NCBI GenBank assembly: GCA_038257335.1
Contig: JBBSJJ010000001.1
Span: 2,589-66,588, forward strand
Direction of reading: 5' to 3'
Length of the DNA: 64,000 nucleotides
From: Chitinophagales bacterium
GTDB lineage: Bacteria > Bacteroidota > Bacteroidia > Chitinophagales > Chitinophagaceae
Shown here in pieces: positions 7,953 to 17,105 of this stretch. The translations under genes were made by a program, and so were the position numbers. The notes beneath the pieces are model-generated. The model was not told the DNA's origin. It searched no databases and saw only the letters and a program-made list of their open reading frames with translations. Every line of letters starts with the position of its first letter. Position 1 is the stretch's first letter.

Positions 7953-8903
7953 TTATGTTTTAATTTTTTTGCCTCCATAATCTTTTACAAGTTGTTTCAA
8001 TAATTCTGTGACCTCTTTATATTTCTCGGGGTAACCAATATCTATCAACAACGGAAATTCTTTGATGGTAGTTCTGTTTTTGTAAATTTCATTTTCTTTA
8101 AATTTTGAGTACTCAAAAACATCAAATCCTTTTTTCTTTGCTGCTTTTAGTATGACGCAGTTAGGCCTGCTATTTTTATTGGTCCGATCGATGCTACCGA
8201 TAGCGTTAAGCGGTATTTCTATTAAACTAAATTTGGTATCATCACCATATTTTGTAACCGTTTCCTGTTTGTAAAAAAACCTTAGCACCCCGCCGTAAGC
8301 GTACATCTTATCTACCCGGTAAGTTATGGAAGTACCACCTTCTTTAGAAATCCAGAAATTTTTATAAATAGGTATCATTTGGGAAAGTTGCTCAATTGAC
8401 TGGATGGTTTTGGTAGAGTAGATATTTTTGAGATCCCAAAAAGCCTGTCTTACTCTTTCATCGTTGGCTTTATCAATTTTTAGGTAATTAAAATAAACCA
8501 GTTCCTCATAAATAACTTCAAGACCACTCGATTTTGATAACGAAGTTGATTTTTTGGTAGGATCCGTCAATGTTATTTTTACTTGCCCCACTGGAGATTT
8601 TTTGTCTACCTGCACTATTTCTACCAATTGAATATGGGCTGGATCAAATTCGCTGTTGATGGTAGCATCTTCTTTCCCTACAGAAGATAGCTTCACACGA
8701 ATATTTACACCCATGTCAGATTCTGAAAAGCCGCCATCTTCAATTACCGTCCTGGAATCAGCATTGAATATTCTTAGAGATCCGATGGCTTCTTTGGCTC
8801 TTGAATTGAGGAAAGCAATGGTTCCCATTTTAGAAAGGCTTTGGGAATAAATAGGTTGGCACACTGTTATGAAAAGAAAAAATAAACAAAATACAATTCG
8901 CAT
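7953..8903 (-). CDS. Secreted hypothetical protein (316 aa)
   Basis: Clean long ORF with a hydrophobic signal peptide (MRIVFCLFFLFITVCQPIYS). AT-rich by eye. No family recognised. Confidence 0.75.
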   Translation of the reverse strand: MRIVFCLFFLFITVCQPIYSQSLSKMGTIAFLNSRAKEAIGSLRIFNADSRTVIEDGGFSESDMGVNIRVKLSSVGKEDATINSEFDPAHIQLVEIVQVDKKSPVGQVKITLTDPTKKSTSLSKSSGLEVIYEELVYFNYLKIDKANDERVRQAFWDLKNIYSTKTIQSIEQLSQMIPIYKNFWISKEGGTSITYRVDKMYAYGGVLRFFYKQETVTKYGDDTKFSLIEIPLNAIGSIDRTNKNSRPNCVILKAAKKKGFDVFEYSKFKENEIYKNRTTIKEFPLLIDIGYPEKYKEVTELLKQLVKDYGGKKIKT

Positions 8904-9043
8904 GGTTTCGGGTTTATGGGTTTAAAAAAGTTACGAATATAACTACAATAATCCTCGCCGGATGTGCCGGAGTGATTTTTTATCTAATCTTCGCAAAGCT
9001 TGCCGCAATACCTTTAATCAAGGAAGAACTAAAACCCTAATCG

Positions 9044-9122
9044 CAGCATCTCCAAACAGATCCCTCGCTGCGCTCCCGAAAAAATCGGGACAGACGGCAA
9101 GACAGCAGAGCCTGGTCATTTG
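9044..9122 (+). repeat. 79-bp direct repeat, copy 2
   Basis: CAGCATCTCCAAACAGATCCCTCGCTGCGCTCCCGAAAAAATCGGGACAG..., containing a CCCGA-AAAAA-TCGGG hairpin. Confidence 0.85.
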
Positions 9123-9483
9123 TTCGCTTTGCATTATTTACAATAGTCAGTAAATATTTTAAATTGGCTGCTAATGTGTAAGCTTCCCGCATGAGGCGAA
9201 ACAGGTTCACGAGCCTTTATATGGAAACTACAGAATAGCTTTCACCTTTACATTGATGTCGGAAAACTATGCGGGCATTCAGAATATGCAATGTGGGCGA
9301 CTACATTTTACATTCCTGCTCGGAGTCACTACTGCTCCAAAGTATAATTGAATAGATCGTGCTTTTGTTCTGTGTGGCTCGTTCCAGCCGAGGCAAGTGG
9401 TGCCGACCAGAGCAAAAACGATAGGCTATTGGTTGTTGACGTAAGCCTTGCTAGTAGCGAGTTTTTTTTATCGGAATCTAAGT

Positions 9484-9681
9484 TCAATATGCCCAATAGA
9501 TGTTTTGTGGTGTGGTTTTATTTTTACCGGTAGACATTTGAAGCTTGATTGCCCCAGCTTTATGTAGTTGTAGTATATCCAGCCTTGTCGTTTGTTTCAT
9601 ATCATATAACAGCTCCGTTATTGATTTTAATTTTTGTTCTAACATTGTTTTCTGCGGTGCAATGTTTTCATCATTAACCAA
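9484..9681 (-). CDS. Small hypothetical protein (65 aa), possibly a remnant
   Basis: ORF with amphipathic-helix-like composition. No family recognised. Confidence 0.3.
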   Translation of the reverse strand: MVNDENIAPQKTMLEQKLKSITELLYDMKQTTRLDILQLHKAGAIKLQMSTGKNKTTPQNIYWAY

Positions 9682-9800
9682 GTCTGTGTAGATTAATTTA
9701 AAAATTCCGCTTCAACTGGGTTATATCCGAATGTGAGTGCAGAGAACATGCTGGATCATTTTGCCATACTAAAAGTAATAACGCAGAAGCGTACACGTAA

Positions 9801-10413
9801 AGATGTGGTAGAAGCCCAAAAACACGTATCGCCAATCCGCTGCTTCATGCCTCGGGCTGGTTTCTTGCCTATCGAAAAGGGCCCCTGGCGATGTACGTAT
9901 TAAATGAGTATGTAGAAAAGGAAAAAGTAATTAAAGCTTTACGAAAATTGCTTGAGGAGCATAAGCCTGGTACACAAACGTTGACAACTTCGGTTAACCT
10001 ATACCGTGAGTTGCAGACAATTACACCCGACTCACTTCAATACCTGCTTCATGATCTATTTGCAGCAAATACATTTTGGGATTTAAAGACTGATAGAGCC
10101 ACGGTTAAGCGCACGGCGGGAGATGCTATGGGAAGTTACTTTAGATGTGGAAGTCCATAAAGTTGTTATTGATAGTCTCGGGATTGAGCAGGAAATTAAG
10201 ATAAATGATTGGGTGGAAGTTGGCGTATTTGTTTCTACCGATCAGGGTGTTGAACGAAAGCAGCTTTACCTGCAGAAGCATCTTATCCAATCTGGAAAGC
10301 AGCGTATTACAATGACAGTCGCAAGTAAACCAACTTCTGCTGGCATTGATCCCAATTACTTCCTGATCGATCTAAATACGTATAACAATATAAAGAAGGT
10401 GAAGATTGAATAA
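9801..10413 (+). pseudogene. 3' remnant of an M1 aminopeptidase / ABC-permease-M1 fusion gene, frameshifted
   Basis: In-frame PLLHASGWFLAYRKGPLAMYVLNEY...LLHDLF, then a frameshift near 10125 into WEVTLDVEVHK...DWVEVGVF...AGIDPNYFLID, typical of that family's C-terminus. The HEXXH region and 5' part are absent. Confidence 0.75.
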
Positions 10414-10457
10414 GGCGAACTAATAAATGAGAAGCAGTCATGCTAAAGCGCTGGTAG

Positions 10458-10810
10458 ATCGTTGTATCATTATATGTCGGCCTTGGTGGCTTTGCTAGGT
10501 TAGGGTATGGCAAAACGATCATTAAAAATACTCAAAACACGGATAGGAGTGAATCAAAAGGATACAATATTGGTTTCTCCATTGAACCCAATATTACCTA
10601 CCAGATCACGTACAGATTTTTACTTACTGTTGGCCCCTCTGCCAATTTTTTAAATTTAAACTACAGCTATTCAAAAATATCTTATAAGCAGGCTGGTCAG
10701 CCTGGCTCTACCGGTAAATCACAAAAAATGTAAAACTCAATACCGGATTCTTTGGCTCGCCACTTTCTAATATTACTGTTGGCTTCAGGTATTTGCTCAA
10801 ACAAAAATAG
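10458..10810 (+). pseudogene. Remnant of an outer-membrane beta-barrel protein gene
   Basis: Manual translation gives SLYVGLGGFARLGYG...GYNIGFSIEPNITYQITYRFLLTVGP...*, then in another frame LNTGFFGSPLSNITVGFRYLLKQK*. These are alternating beta-strand patterns with no start codon and a frameshift. Confidence 0.55.
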
Positions 10811-10854
10811 ATCCTTGAGGCCTTGCTGGCGAAGCGTCTGTAGCAAGTAGCAAA

Positions 10855-11640
10855 TCACCCAATCTTAGCAAAGCTCGCTGCAATTCCCTTTATTAGCGAA
10901 GAACTAAAACCCTGGTGTTCCATCTCATTCAAGCCGGCAATGGTGCAACCCTTGGGGGTGGTTACTTTGTCTATTTCCTGTTCGGGATGTGTGTGTGTGG
11001 TGAGTAACAGTTCTGCAGCACCCTTTACCGTTTGTGCAGCTATGAGGCTTGCGGTGGCTGCATCAAAACCAATTTCAATGCCGCCTTGTATGTTTGCCCT
11101 GATGTAGCGCATGGCAAAGGCAGTGCCGCAGGCGCCCAATACGGTGGCGGCATTCATCAGTTTTTCATCAATAAGAGCAATCTTACCCAATTTTGAAAAC
11201 AGGATGTTTACATAGTTCTTCTGTTCTTCGCTGCTATTGATACTGCTAATGCAGGTAATGCTTTCTTGTATGGCAATGGCCGTGTTGGGCATGGCCCTGA
11301 AAAGTGGAATCACTTTTTGAATAACGGCATAAATATCTTGCAGGTCGATACCGGTTACAACAGAAATAACGGTGTGGTTTGTAGTGAGTGCAGGAGTGAT
11401 GGCTTGCAGCACTTCTTTAATTTGGAAAGGTTTTACGGCAAGTATAATAACTTCAGAATCTTTAACAGCCTGCAAATTGTCCGCCGATACTTTTACCCCT
11501 ACCGATTCGAGGCCTGCCAAAGTGAGCGTATTGCGTTTGGTAATTGTGATAGACTGAGCAGGCACGAATTCACTTTTGATAAGGCCAAGAGCCATGGCTG
11601 TTCCCAGATTACCGCCGCCTATAATTGCAATTTTTTTCAT
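10855..11640 (-). CDS. proC: Pyrroline-5-carboxylate reductase
   Basis: IIGGGNLG, AVKP, RAMPN and VTTPKGCTIAGL motifs. Confidence 0.95.
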   Translation of the reverse strand: MKKIAIIGGGNLGTAMALGLIKSEFVPAQSITITKRNTLTLAGLESVGVKVSADNLQAVKDSEVIILAVKPFQIKEVLQAITPALTTNHTVISVVTGIDLQDIYAVIQKVIPLFRAMPNTAIAIQESITCISSINSSEEQKNYVNILFSKLGKIALIDEKLMNAATVLGACGTAFAMRYIRANIQGGIEIGFDAATASLIAAQTVKGAAELLLTTHTHPEQEIDKVTTPKGCTIAGLNEMEHQGFSSSLIKGIAASFAKIG

Positions 11641-11672
11641 AATGAGGTCGAGTGTTTGGTAGTGAGTGTTGA

Positions 11673-11786
11673 GAATCAGGTATCAAGAATCAAGTATTGA
11701 GTATGAAGACCTAGCCGGGAATCATATCATATATCCAAAATCAGAAATCATAAATTAGAGATCATACATCAGACATCAAAAATTAC
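11673..11786. repeat. Two heptanucleotide tandem arrays between the ABC-F stop and the proC start
   Basis: gaatcag gtatcaa gaatcaa gtattga gtatgaa (11673-11707) and aaatcag aaatcat aaattag agatcat acatcag acatcaa aaattac (11738-11786). Confidence 0.7.
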
Positions 11787-13714
11787 CCCTCCATCTCCAT
11801 CATCTTCTCAAAAATCTTTTCATATTCCGCATTGGCATCCTGCAATTCTTTTGCAGCTTTGTTATAATCTGCTTCGGCTATCAAAAATTTAGATTTATCT
11901 CCGTAAATCGTTGGGTCAGCCAGGGCCGCTTCCAGCGTAGTTTTGTTTGTGTTTAGTTCCACCAATTTTGTTTCTAACTGGCCAAAGCGACTTTTTATTT
12001 TTTGCAGTTCTTTCTTTTCGTCATTGGTCACCACTTTTACTTTGGGCTGTTCCACCACCTTTAAATGAACTTTTGGCTCGGGCTTCTCCGCTTTTTTTGC
12101 ATCGGCTTCTGCTTTTAGCTTACGCTCTTTCCAATCTTCCCATTCGGCATAAGTGCCTTTAAACTCTCTTATTTTATGATCTTCTATTTCCCATATTTTA
12201 TTGGCCAGGCGACTGATGAAATAGCGGTCGTGACTTACCAGCACAATACTGCCTTCATATTTTATAAGCGATTGCACCAGCAGATCTACAGAATGAATAT
12301 CCAAATGATTCGTAGGTTCATCCAGCATTAAAAAATTGGCTTTGCTGGCAATGGTTTTTGCAAGCGCTACCCTGGCTTTTTCTCCACCGCTCAATACCTT
12401 GATCTTTTTTTCTACCGTTTCTCCACTAAATAAGAATGCGCCCAGTAAACTTCTGATCTCCAGATCGTTTTTTCCACTTCCTGCATCTTTTAATTCATCC
12501 AGGATATTATTGTTTTGATTTAAAGCTTCCAACTGGTGCTGGGCATAAAAAGATTCCTGTACGTTGTGGCCCCAGGTTCTTTCGCCTTCAAATGGTTCTG
12601 TATCTGCAATAATGCGCAACAGGGTAGATTTACCTTTACCATTGGCGCCTATTAATGCAATTTTATCTCCCCGTTCTATTTCTGCACCGGTGTTTTCTAC
12701 AATGTCAATGTCCTTAAAACTTTTGCTGATATTTTTTAAAGTAACAATCGTTCTTCCAGGTTGTTTTTCTACCGAAAAGTTAATTTTCATATTCGGCCTT
12801 TCAATTTCCACATCTTCTATGCGATCCAGTTTCTCCAGGCGCTTAACAATACTTTGCGCAGCTGCAGCTTTACTGGCTTTGGCTTTAAAACGTTCTACAA
12901 ATTTTTCATTCTGCCTTATATAATCCTGTTGGTTGTCAAAGGCTTTTTTCTGCATGTCAATTCTTATTTCCTTTTCCTGTTCGTAATAAGAATAATTGCC
13001 CGTGAAAAAATGCAATTTTTGCTGGTAGAGTTCCACCACTTTGGTTACCATCCTGTCTAAGAAGAAACGATCATGCGAAACAATTACAACAGCACCGGGG
13101 TAATGCAATAAATATTTTTCCAACCACTCAATACTTGGCAAATCCAGATGGTTCGTTGGTTCATCCATTAGCAAAACATCCGGATGCTGCAAAATCATTT
13201 TTGCCAGCAATACCCGCATGCGCCATCCGCCACTAAAATTTTTGTAAGGTTTGTGTATTTCGTCATTGCTAAAACCCAGGCCTTGCAATATTTCTTCTGT
13301 TCTGTGATGGATGCTGTAACCGTCCAGCACATCCATTTCGTGCAGTAGTTCGGCGTAGTCATTGGCAAGGTCTTCGTCGCCTGTTTTCTCCAATTCTTTA
13401 CCAACTATTTCCAGTTCTTTTTCCAGCTCTTTGATTCTTTCAAAAGCGCCCAGTGCTACTTCCAGGATAGAATCCTCTGTATCAAACCCCAGCAAATCCT
13501 GGTGCAGGAACCCGATCGTAGTTTCCTTTCCTTTTTCTACAGTGCCCTTTGCCGGGGCATATTGGCCGGTCAAAACCTTCAATAGGGTAGATTTCCCGGT
13601 TCCATTATATCCAATTAATCCTATGCGTTCATTTGGTTGAATATGCCAGGTAGCATCTTCTACAATCGTTCTTGCCCCAAACTCAAAAGTCACATTCTGT
13701 AATCCTAATAACAT
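11783..13714 (-). CDS. ABC-F family ATP-binding protein (ribosome-associated)
   Basis: Two ABC domains (GYNGTGKS / FSGGWRMR / LMDEPTNHLD and GANGKGKS / LSGGEKAR), no TM segments, C-terminal coiled coil. Confidence 0.93.
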   Translation of the reverse strand: MLLGLQNVTFEFGARTIVEDATWHIQPNERIGLIGYNGTGKSTLLKVLTGQYAPAKGTVEKGKETTIGFLHQDLLGFDTEDSILEVALGAFERIKELEKELEIVGKELEKTGDEDLANDYAELLHEMDVLDGYSIHHRTEEILQGLGFSNDEIHKPYKNFSGGWRMRVLLAKMILQHPDVLLMDEPTNHLDLPSIEWLEKYLLHYPGAVVIVSHDRFFLDRMVTKVVELYQQKLHFFTGNYSYYEQEKEIRIDMQKKAFDNQQDYIRQNEKFVERFKAKASKAAAAQSIVKRLEKLDRIEDVEIERPNMKINFSVEKQPGRTIVTLKNISKSFKDIDIVENTGAEIERGDKIALIGANGKGKSTLLRIIADTEPFEGERTWGHNVQESFYAQHQLEALNQNNNILDELKDAGSGKNDLEIRSLLGAFLFSGETVEKKIKVLSGGEKARVALAKTIASKANFLMLDEPTNHLDIHSVDLLVQSLIKYEGSIVLVSHDRYFISRLANKIWEIEDHKIREFKGTYAEWEDWKERKLKAEADAKKAEKPEPKVHLKVVEQPKVKVVTNDEKKELQKIKSRFGQLETKLVELNTNKTTLEAALADPTIYGDKSKFLIAEADYNKAAKELQDANAEYEKIFEKMMEMEG

Positions 13715-13915
13715 TTTTACTATTTTATTTTAATATGTTTTTGTGCAAATCTAACTTAAACGCAAAACTATTGAGAGGGTTTGTTGTTATATTTTAATTT
13801 TTGGGCAGTGGCGTTGGCCATGGGGGTCGTTCTGCATTTACAGGCGGTAACCGTTTATCAAAAGCAGGGCAGGTGCGGGCTATTCAAAAATTTGAATGAC
13901 TTAACTTCGCCCAAA

Positions 13916-14530
13916 ATGAACCATATGAAAAAAATTATTGCTTTCGTTGTGCTGCTACTTATTGGCTTTAGTATATACTGGTTCGTGTTGCGTACAAAAG
14001 ATTCAACACCTAAAGAAGCCAAACAAGAAGCCATTGCTGTAAAAAAACATTCTGCTGCCTTCAATACTTCTGTAGACAATGTGATGAACGCTTATTTTAA
14101 AATGAAGGATGCTTTTGTGGAGGGCGATGCAACCCTGGCTAAACAACATGCCAGTGCTTTCATCAATTTGCTGGATAGTATTCCTGTTGCAGAGCTAGAT
14201 AAAGATTCTTCTATGATCTCTGCAACCGCTAAGGCAAACATCGAAGACATAAAAGCAAATGCTAACTCTCTGTTACAACAAACTGACATCACAGAAATGC
14301 GGTTGGATTTTAGAACGGTTTCAGATATGCTCTATCCGGGCTTCTTTAAAATAATTAATTACGAAGGCCCAGCGCTGTACCTGCAAAATTGCCCCATGGC
14401 TTTTGATGGCGATAAAGACGCCAACTGGGTGAGCAACAGCAACGAAATTGTAAATCCTTACCTGGGAAAAACTCATCCAAAATACAAAGCTACTATGCTC
14501 AATTGTGGCGAAGTGAAAGACAGTTTGTAA
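13916..14530 (+). CDS. DUF3347-domain protein
   Basis: YFKMKDAFV and YLQNCPMAF...WVS...IVNPYLG...MLNCG motifs. The real start is probably MNHMKK rather than the TTG at 13781. Confidence 0.8.
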   Translation: MNHMKKIIAFVVLLLIGFSIYWFVLRTKDSTPKEAKQEAIAVKKHSAAFNTSVDNVMNAYFKMKDAFVEGDATLAKQHASAFINLLDSIPVAELDKDSSMISATAKANIEDIKANANSLLQQTDITEMRLDFRTVSDMLYPGFFKIINYEGPALYLQNCPMAFDGDKDANWVSNSNEIVNPYLGKTHPKYKATMLNCGEVKDSL

Positions 14531-14557
14531 TGTAAAAATATGGCCGGCTGGCTGGTT

Positions 14558-16915
14558 ATGAAAAAATCCGTTCTTTTATTAATCTTGTTTTTTGCGGGCA
14601 ATGCACTCTGGGCTCAACAAAAGTACACGCTCAGTGGGTACATAAAGGATGTTTCCACCGGCGAGACATTGATAGGTGCATCTGTGGCTTTAAAAGGTAA
14701 AACAAAAGGCATCAACAGCAACCAGTATGGTTTTTATTCTATCACCCTGCCAGCGGGAGAATATAGTTTAGCCATTTCTTTTGTAGGCTATCTTTCGCAG
14801 CAGGTGCAGATCAATCTTGATAAAGACAGTGTCATAAATTTTTCTTTGCTATCTGCGGCTAACCTAAGCGAAGAAGTGATTGTTACCGCCCGCCGAAGGG
14901 AAAGCAATATAAAGAATGCACAGATGGGCAAGGTTAACCTGCCAATTGAGCAAATCAAATCTATACCCGCATTTTTGGGCGAAGTTGACTTGCTCAAAGT
15001 AGTACAGCTGTTACCCGGCATTCGCAATGCAGGGGAGGGCAGCGCCGGTATCTATGTGAGAGGTGGTGGTCCAGATCAAAACCTCATTATGTTGGATGAT
15101 GCCGTGGTGTACAATACTGGCCATCTGTTTGGTTTCTTCTCCATATTTAATGCTGACGCTATTAAAAATGTCACGCTCATAAAGGGGGGGATGCCGGCCC
15201 AATATGGCGGCAGGCTCAGCAGTGTGCTGGATATTTCTATGAAAGAAGGAAATAACCAGGAGTATCAAGTGGAAGGTGGCATTGGTCTCATCGCTTCCCG
15301 TTTTTCTGTGCAAGGCCCCCTTAAAAAAGACAAAGCTTCTTTTATTGTTTCGGCCAGGCGCACTTATGTAGATGCCATTGCTAAGCCTTTTATCAACAAG
15401 AGCAGCCAGTTTTATGGCTCTGGTTATTATTTCTATGACCTCAATGCAAAACTCAATTATAAATTCAGCGAAAAAGATCGTGTTTACTTAAGTGGTTATT
15501 TTGGGCGGGATGTATTTGATTTTGTAAATGGCAGGCAAAGCTTAAATGTAAATATCCCCTGGGGCAATGCCACCGGTACCCTGCGCTGGAACCATGTTTT
15601 TAATAATAAATTGTTTGCCAACACAACGGCTGTTTACAACGATTACAATTTTTCATTTAGTGCTGCGCAAGATAATTTTGCGGTGAAACTTGCCAGCGGC
15701 ATACGGGATGTGAGCCTCAAACAAGACTTTGATTATTACCCATCCTCCCGCCACAAAATAAAATTCGGTTACAACTATACCTATCACCGCTTTACTCCCT
15801 CTGTAGTAAGCGGGCGGCAAGATTCTATTACTTTCAATCCTTTGAATGCACAAGTGAAATTTGCCCACGAAGCCGGAGTGTATCTGCAGGACGACTGGGA
15901 GCTCAACGACAAATGGAGCATCAACACAGGGTTGCGCTACAGCGGCTTTCAGCAGATAGGTGCTTACAAAATTTACAAGGAAGATCCTAATGGTAACCGC
16001 ACCGATAGTACTGTATTTAAAAAAGGGCAGAATGTAAAAACCTATGGTGGGCTGGAGCCGAGGCTTACCGTACGGTACAGTATAGACGATGCCACTTCTG
16101 TGAAGGCATCTGTTACCCGCAACCTGCAATATATTCATCTCGTAAGCAATGCAGGCACTACACTACCCACAGACCTTTGGGTGCCCAGCACGTATAAAGT
16201 GAGGCCCCAAACAAGTTGGCTCTATGCTGCCGGCCTTTTTAAAAATTTCAACAACAACAGTTTTGAAACATCACTGGAAGTTTATTTCAAGGACATGCAG
16301 AATCAAATTGAATACCGGGAAGGCTATACACCCAACACCATTGCCGATACAGAAGATGATTTTGTTTTTGGCAAAGGTTGGAGCTATGGCTCGGAGCTTT
16401 TTGTAAATAAGGTAAAAGGCAGACTCACTGGCTGGGTGGGTTATACTTTGAGCTGGACCTGGAGAAAATTTACTGACCTGAATTTTGGAGAAAAATATCC
16501 TGCCAAATATGACCGCAGGCACGACATGAGTGTAGTGGCTATGTATAAACTAAGCGATCGCTGGAAACTTGCCAGTACTTTCGTGTATGGCACCGGCAAC
16601 GCTGCTACTTTACCACAGCGCTTTTATATTGTAGGGGGTGTACTAACGCAAGAGTATAGCCGCATAAACCAGTACCGCCTGCCAGCTTACCACAGGGTTG
16701 ATTTTAGTGCAATTTTACAGGGAAAAAGAAACGACAGCCGAAAATTAAAAACAGAATGGGTATTTAGCGTGTATAATGCTTACAGCCGAAAAAATCCTTA
16801 CTTTATTTATTTCGATCAAACGGGTTCTCCCTTAGACGGCAGCCTGCAAGTGCAAGCAAAACAAGTATCTATTTTTCCTATTATACCTGCAGTAACCTGG
16901 AATTTTAAATTCTAA
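14558..16915 (+). CDS. TonB-dependent receptor (carboxypeptidase-like N-domain, plug, barrel)
   Basis: IYVRGGGPDQNL plug motif, YGGRLSSVLDI, and C-terminal aromatic WNFKF. Confidence 0.9.
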   Translation: MKKSVLLLILFFAGNALWAQQKYTLSGYIKDVSTGETLIGASVALKGKTKGINSNQYGFYSITLPAGEYSLAISFVGYLSQQVQINLDKDSVINFSLLSAANLSEEVIVTARRRESNIKNAQMGKVNLPIEQIKSIPAFLGEVDLLKVVQLLPGIRNAGEGSAGIYVRGGGPDQNLIMLDDAVVYNTGHLFGFFSIFNADAIKNVTLIKGGMPAQYGGRLSSVLDISMKEGNNQEYQVEGGIGLIASRFSVQGPLKKDKASFIVSARRTYVDAIAKPFINKSSQFYGSGYYFYDLNAKLNYKFSEKDRVYLSGYFGRDVFDFVNGRQSLNVNIPWGNATGTLRWNHVFNNKLFANTTAVYNDYNFSFSAAQDNFAVKLASGIRDVSLKQDFDYYPSSRHKIKFGYNYTYHRFTPSVVSGRQDSITFNPLNAQVKFAHEAGVYLQDDWELNDKWSINTGLRYSGFQQIGAYKIYKEDPNGNRTDSTVFKKGQNVKTYGGLEPRLTVRYSIDDATSVKASVTRNLQYIHLVSNAGTTLPTDLWVPSTYKVRPQTSWLYAAGLFKNFNNNSFETSLEVYFKDMQNQIEYREGYTPNTIADTEDDFVFGKGWSYGSELFVNKVKGRLTGWVGYTLSWTWRKFTDLNFGEKYPAKYDRRHDMSVVAMYKLSDRWKLASTFVYGTGNAATLPQRFYIVGGVLTQEYSRINQYRLPAYHRVDFSAILQGKRNDSRKLKTEWVFSVYNAYSRKNPYFIYFDQTGSPLDGSLQVQAKQVSIFPIIPAVTWNFKF

Positions 16916-17105
16916 ATCAGTTTTTGAAAATTGACTGCATCAACTACATAATACCAGATTTATTCTAAAAAAAAAACAAAAAAATTATACACATAATTTG
17001 TTATGTGACCGAGGGTCGTGTAATTTGCCAGTCATAACCTTTCCTGTAGGCATGAACAGTTTAGGTGCGATAAAAATACTTTTCAATATTTTTCAGAAAA
17101 TTTTA

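Noticed and set aside
9130-9480. Possible gene fragments or integron attC-like site
   Set aside because: There are short open frames and a vaguely cassette-boundary-like stretch, but no identifiable protein, no clear attC boxes and no integrase in the window.
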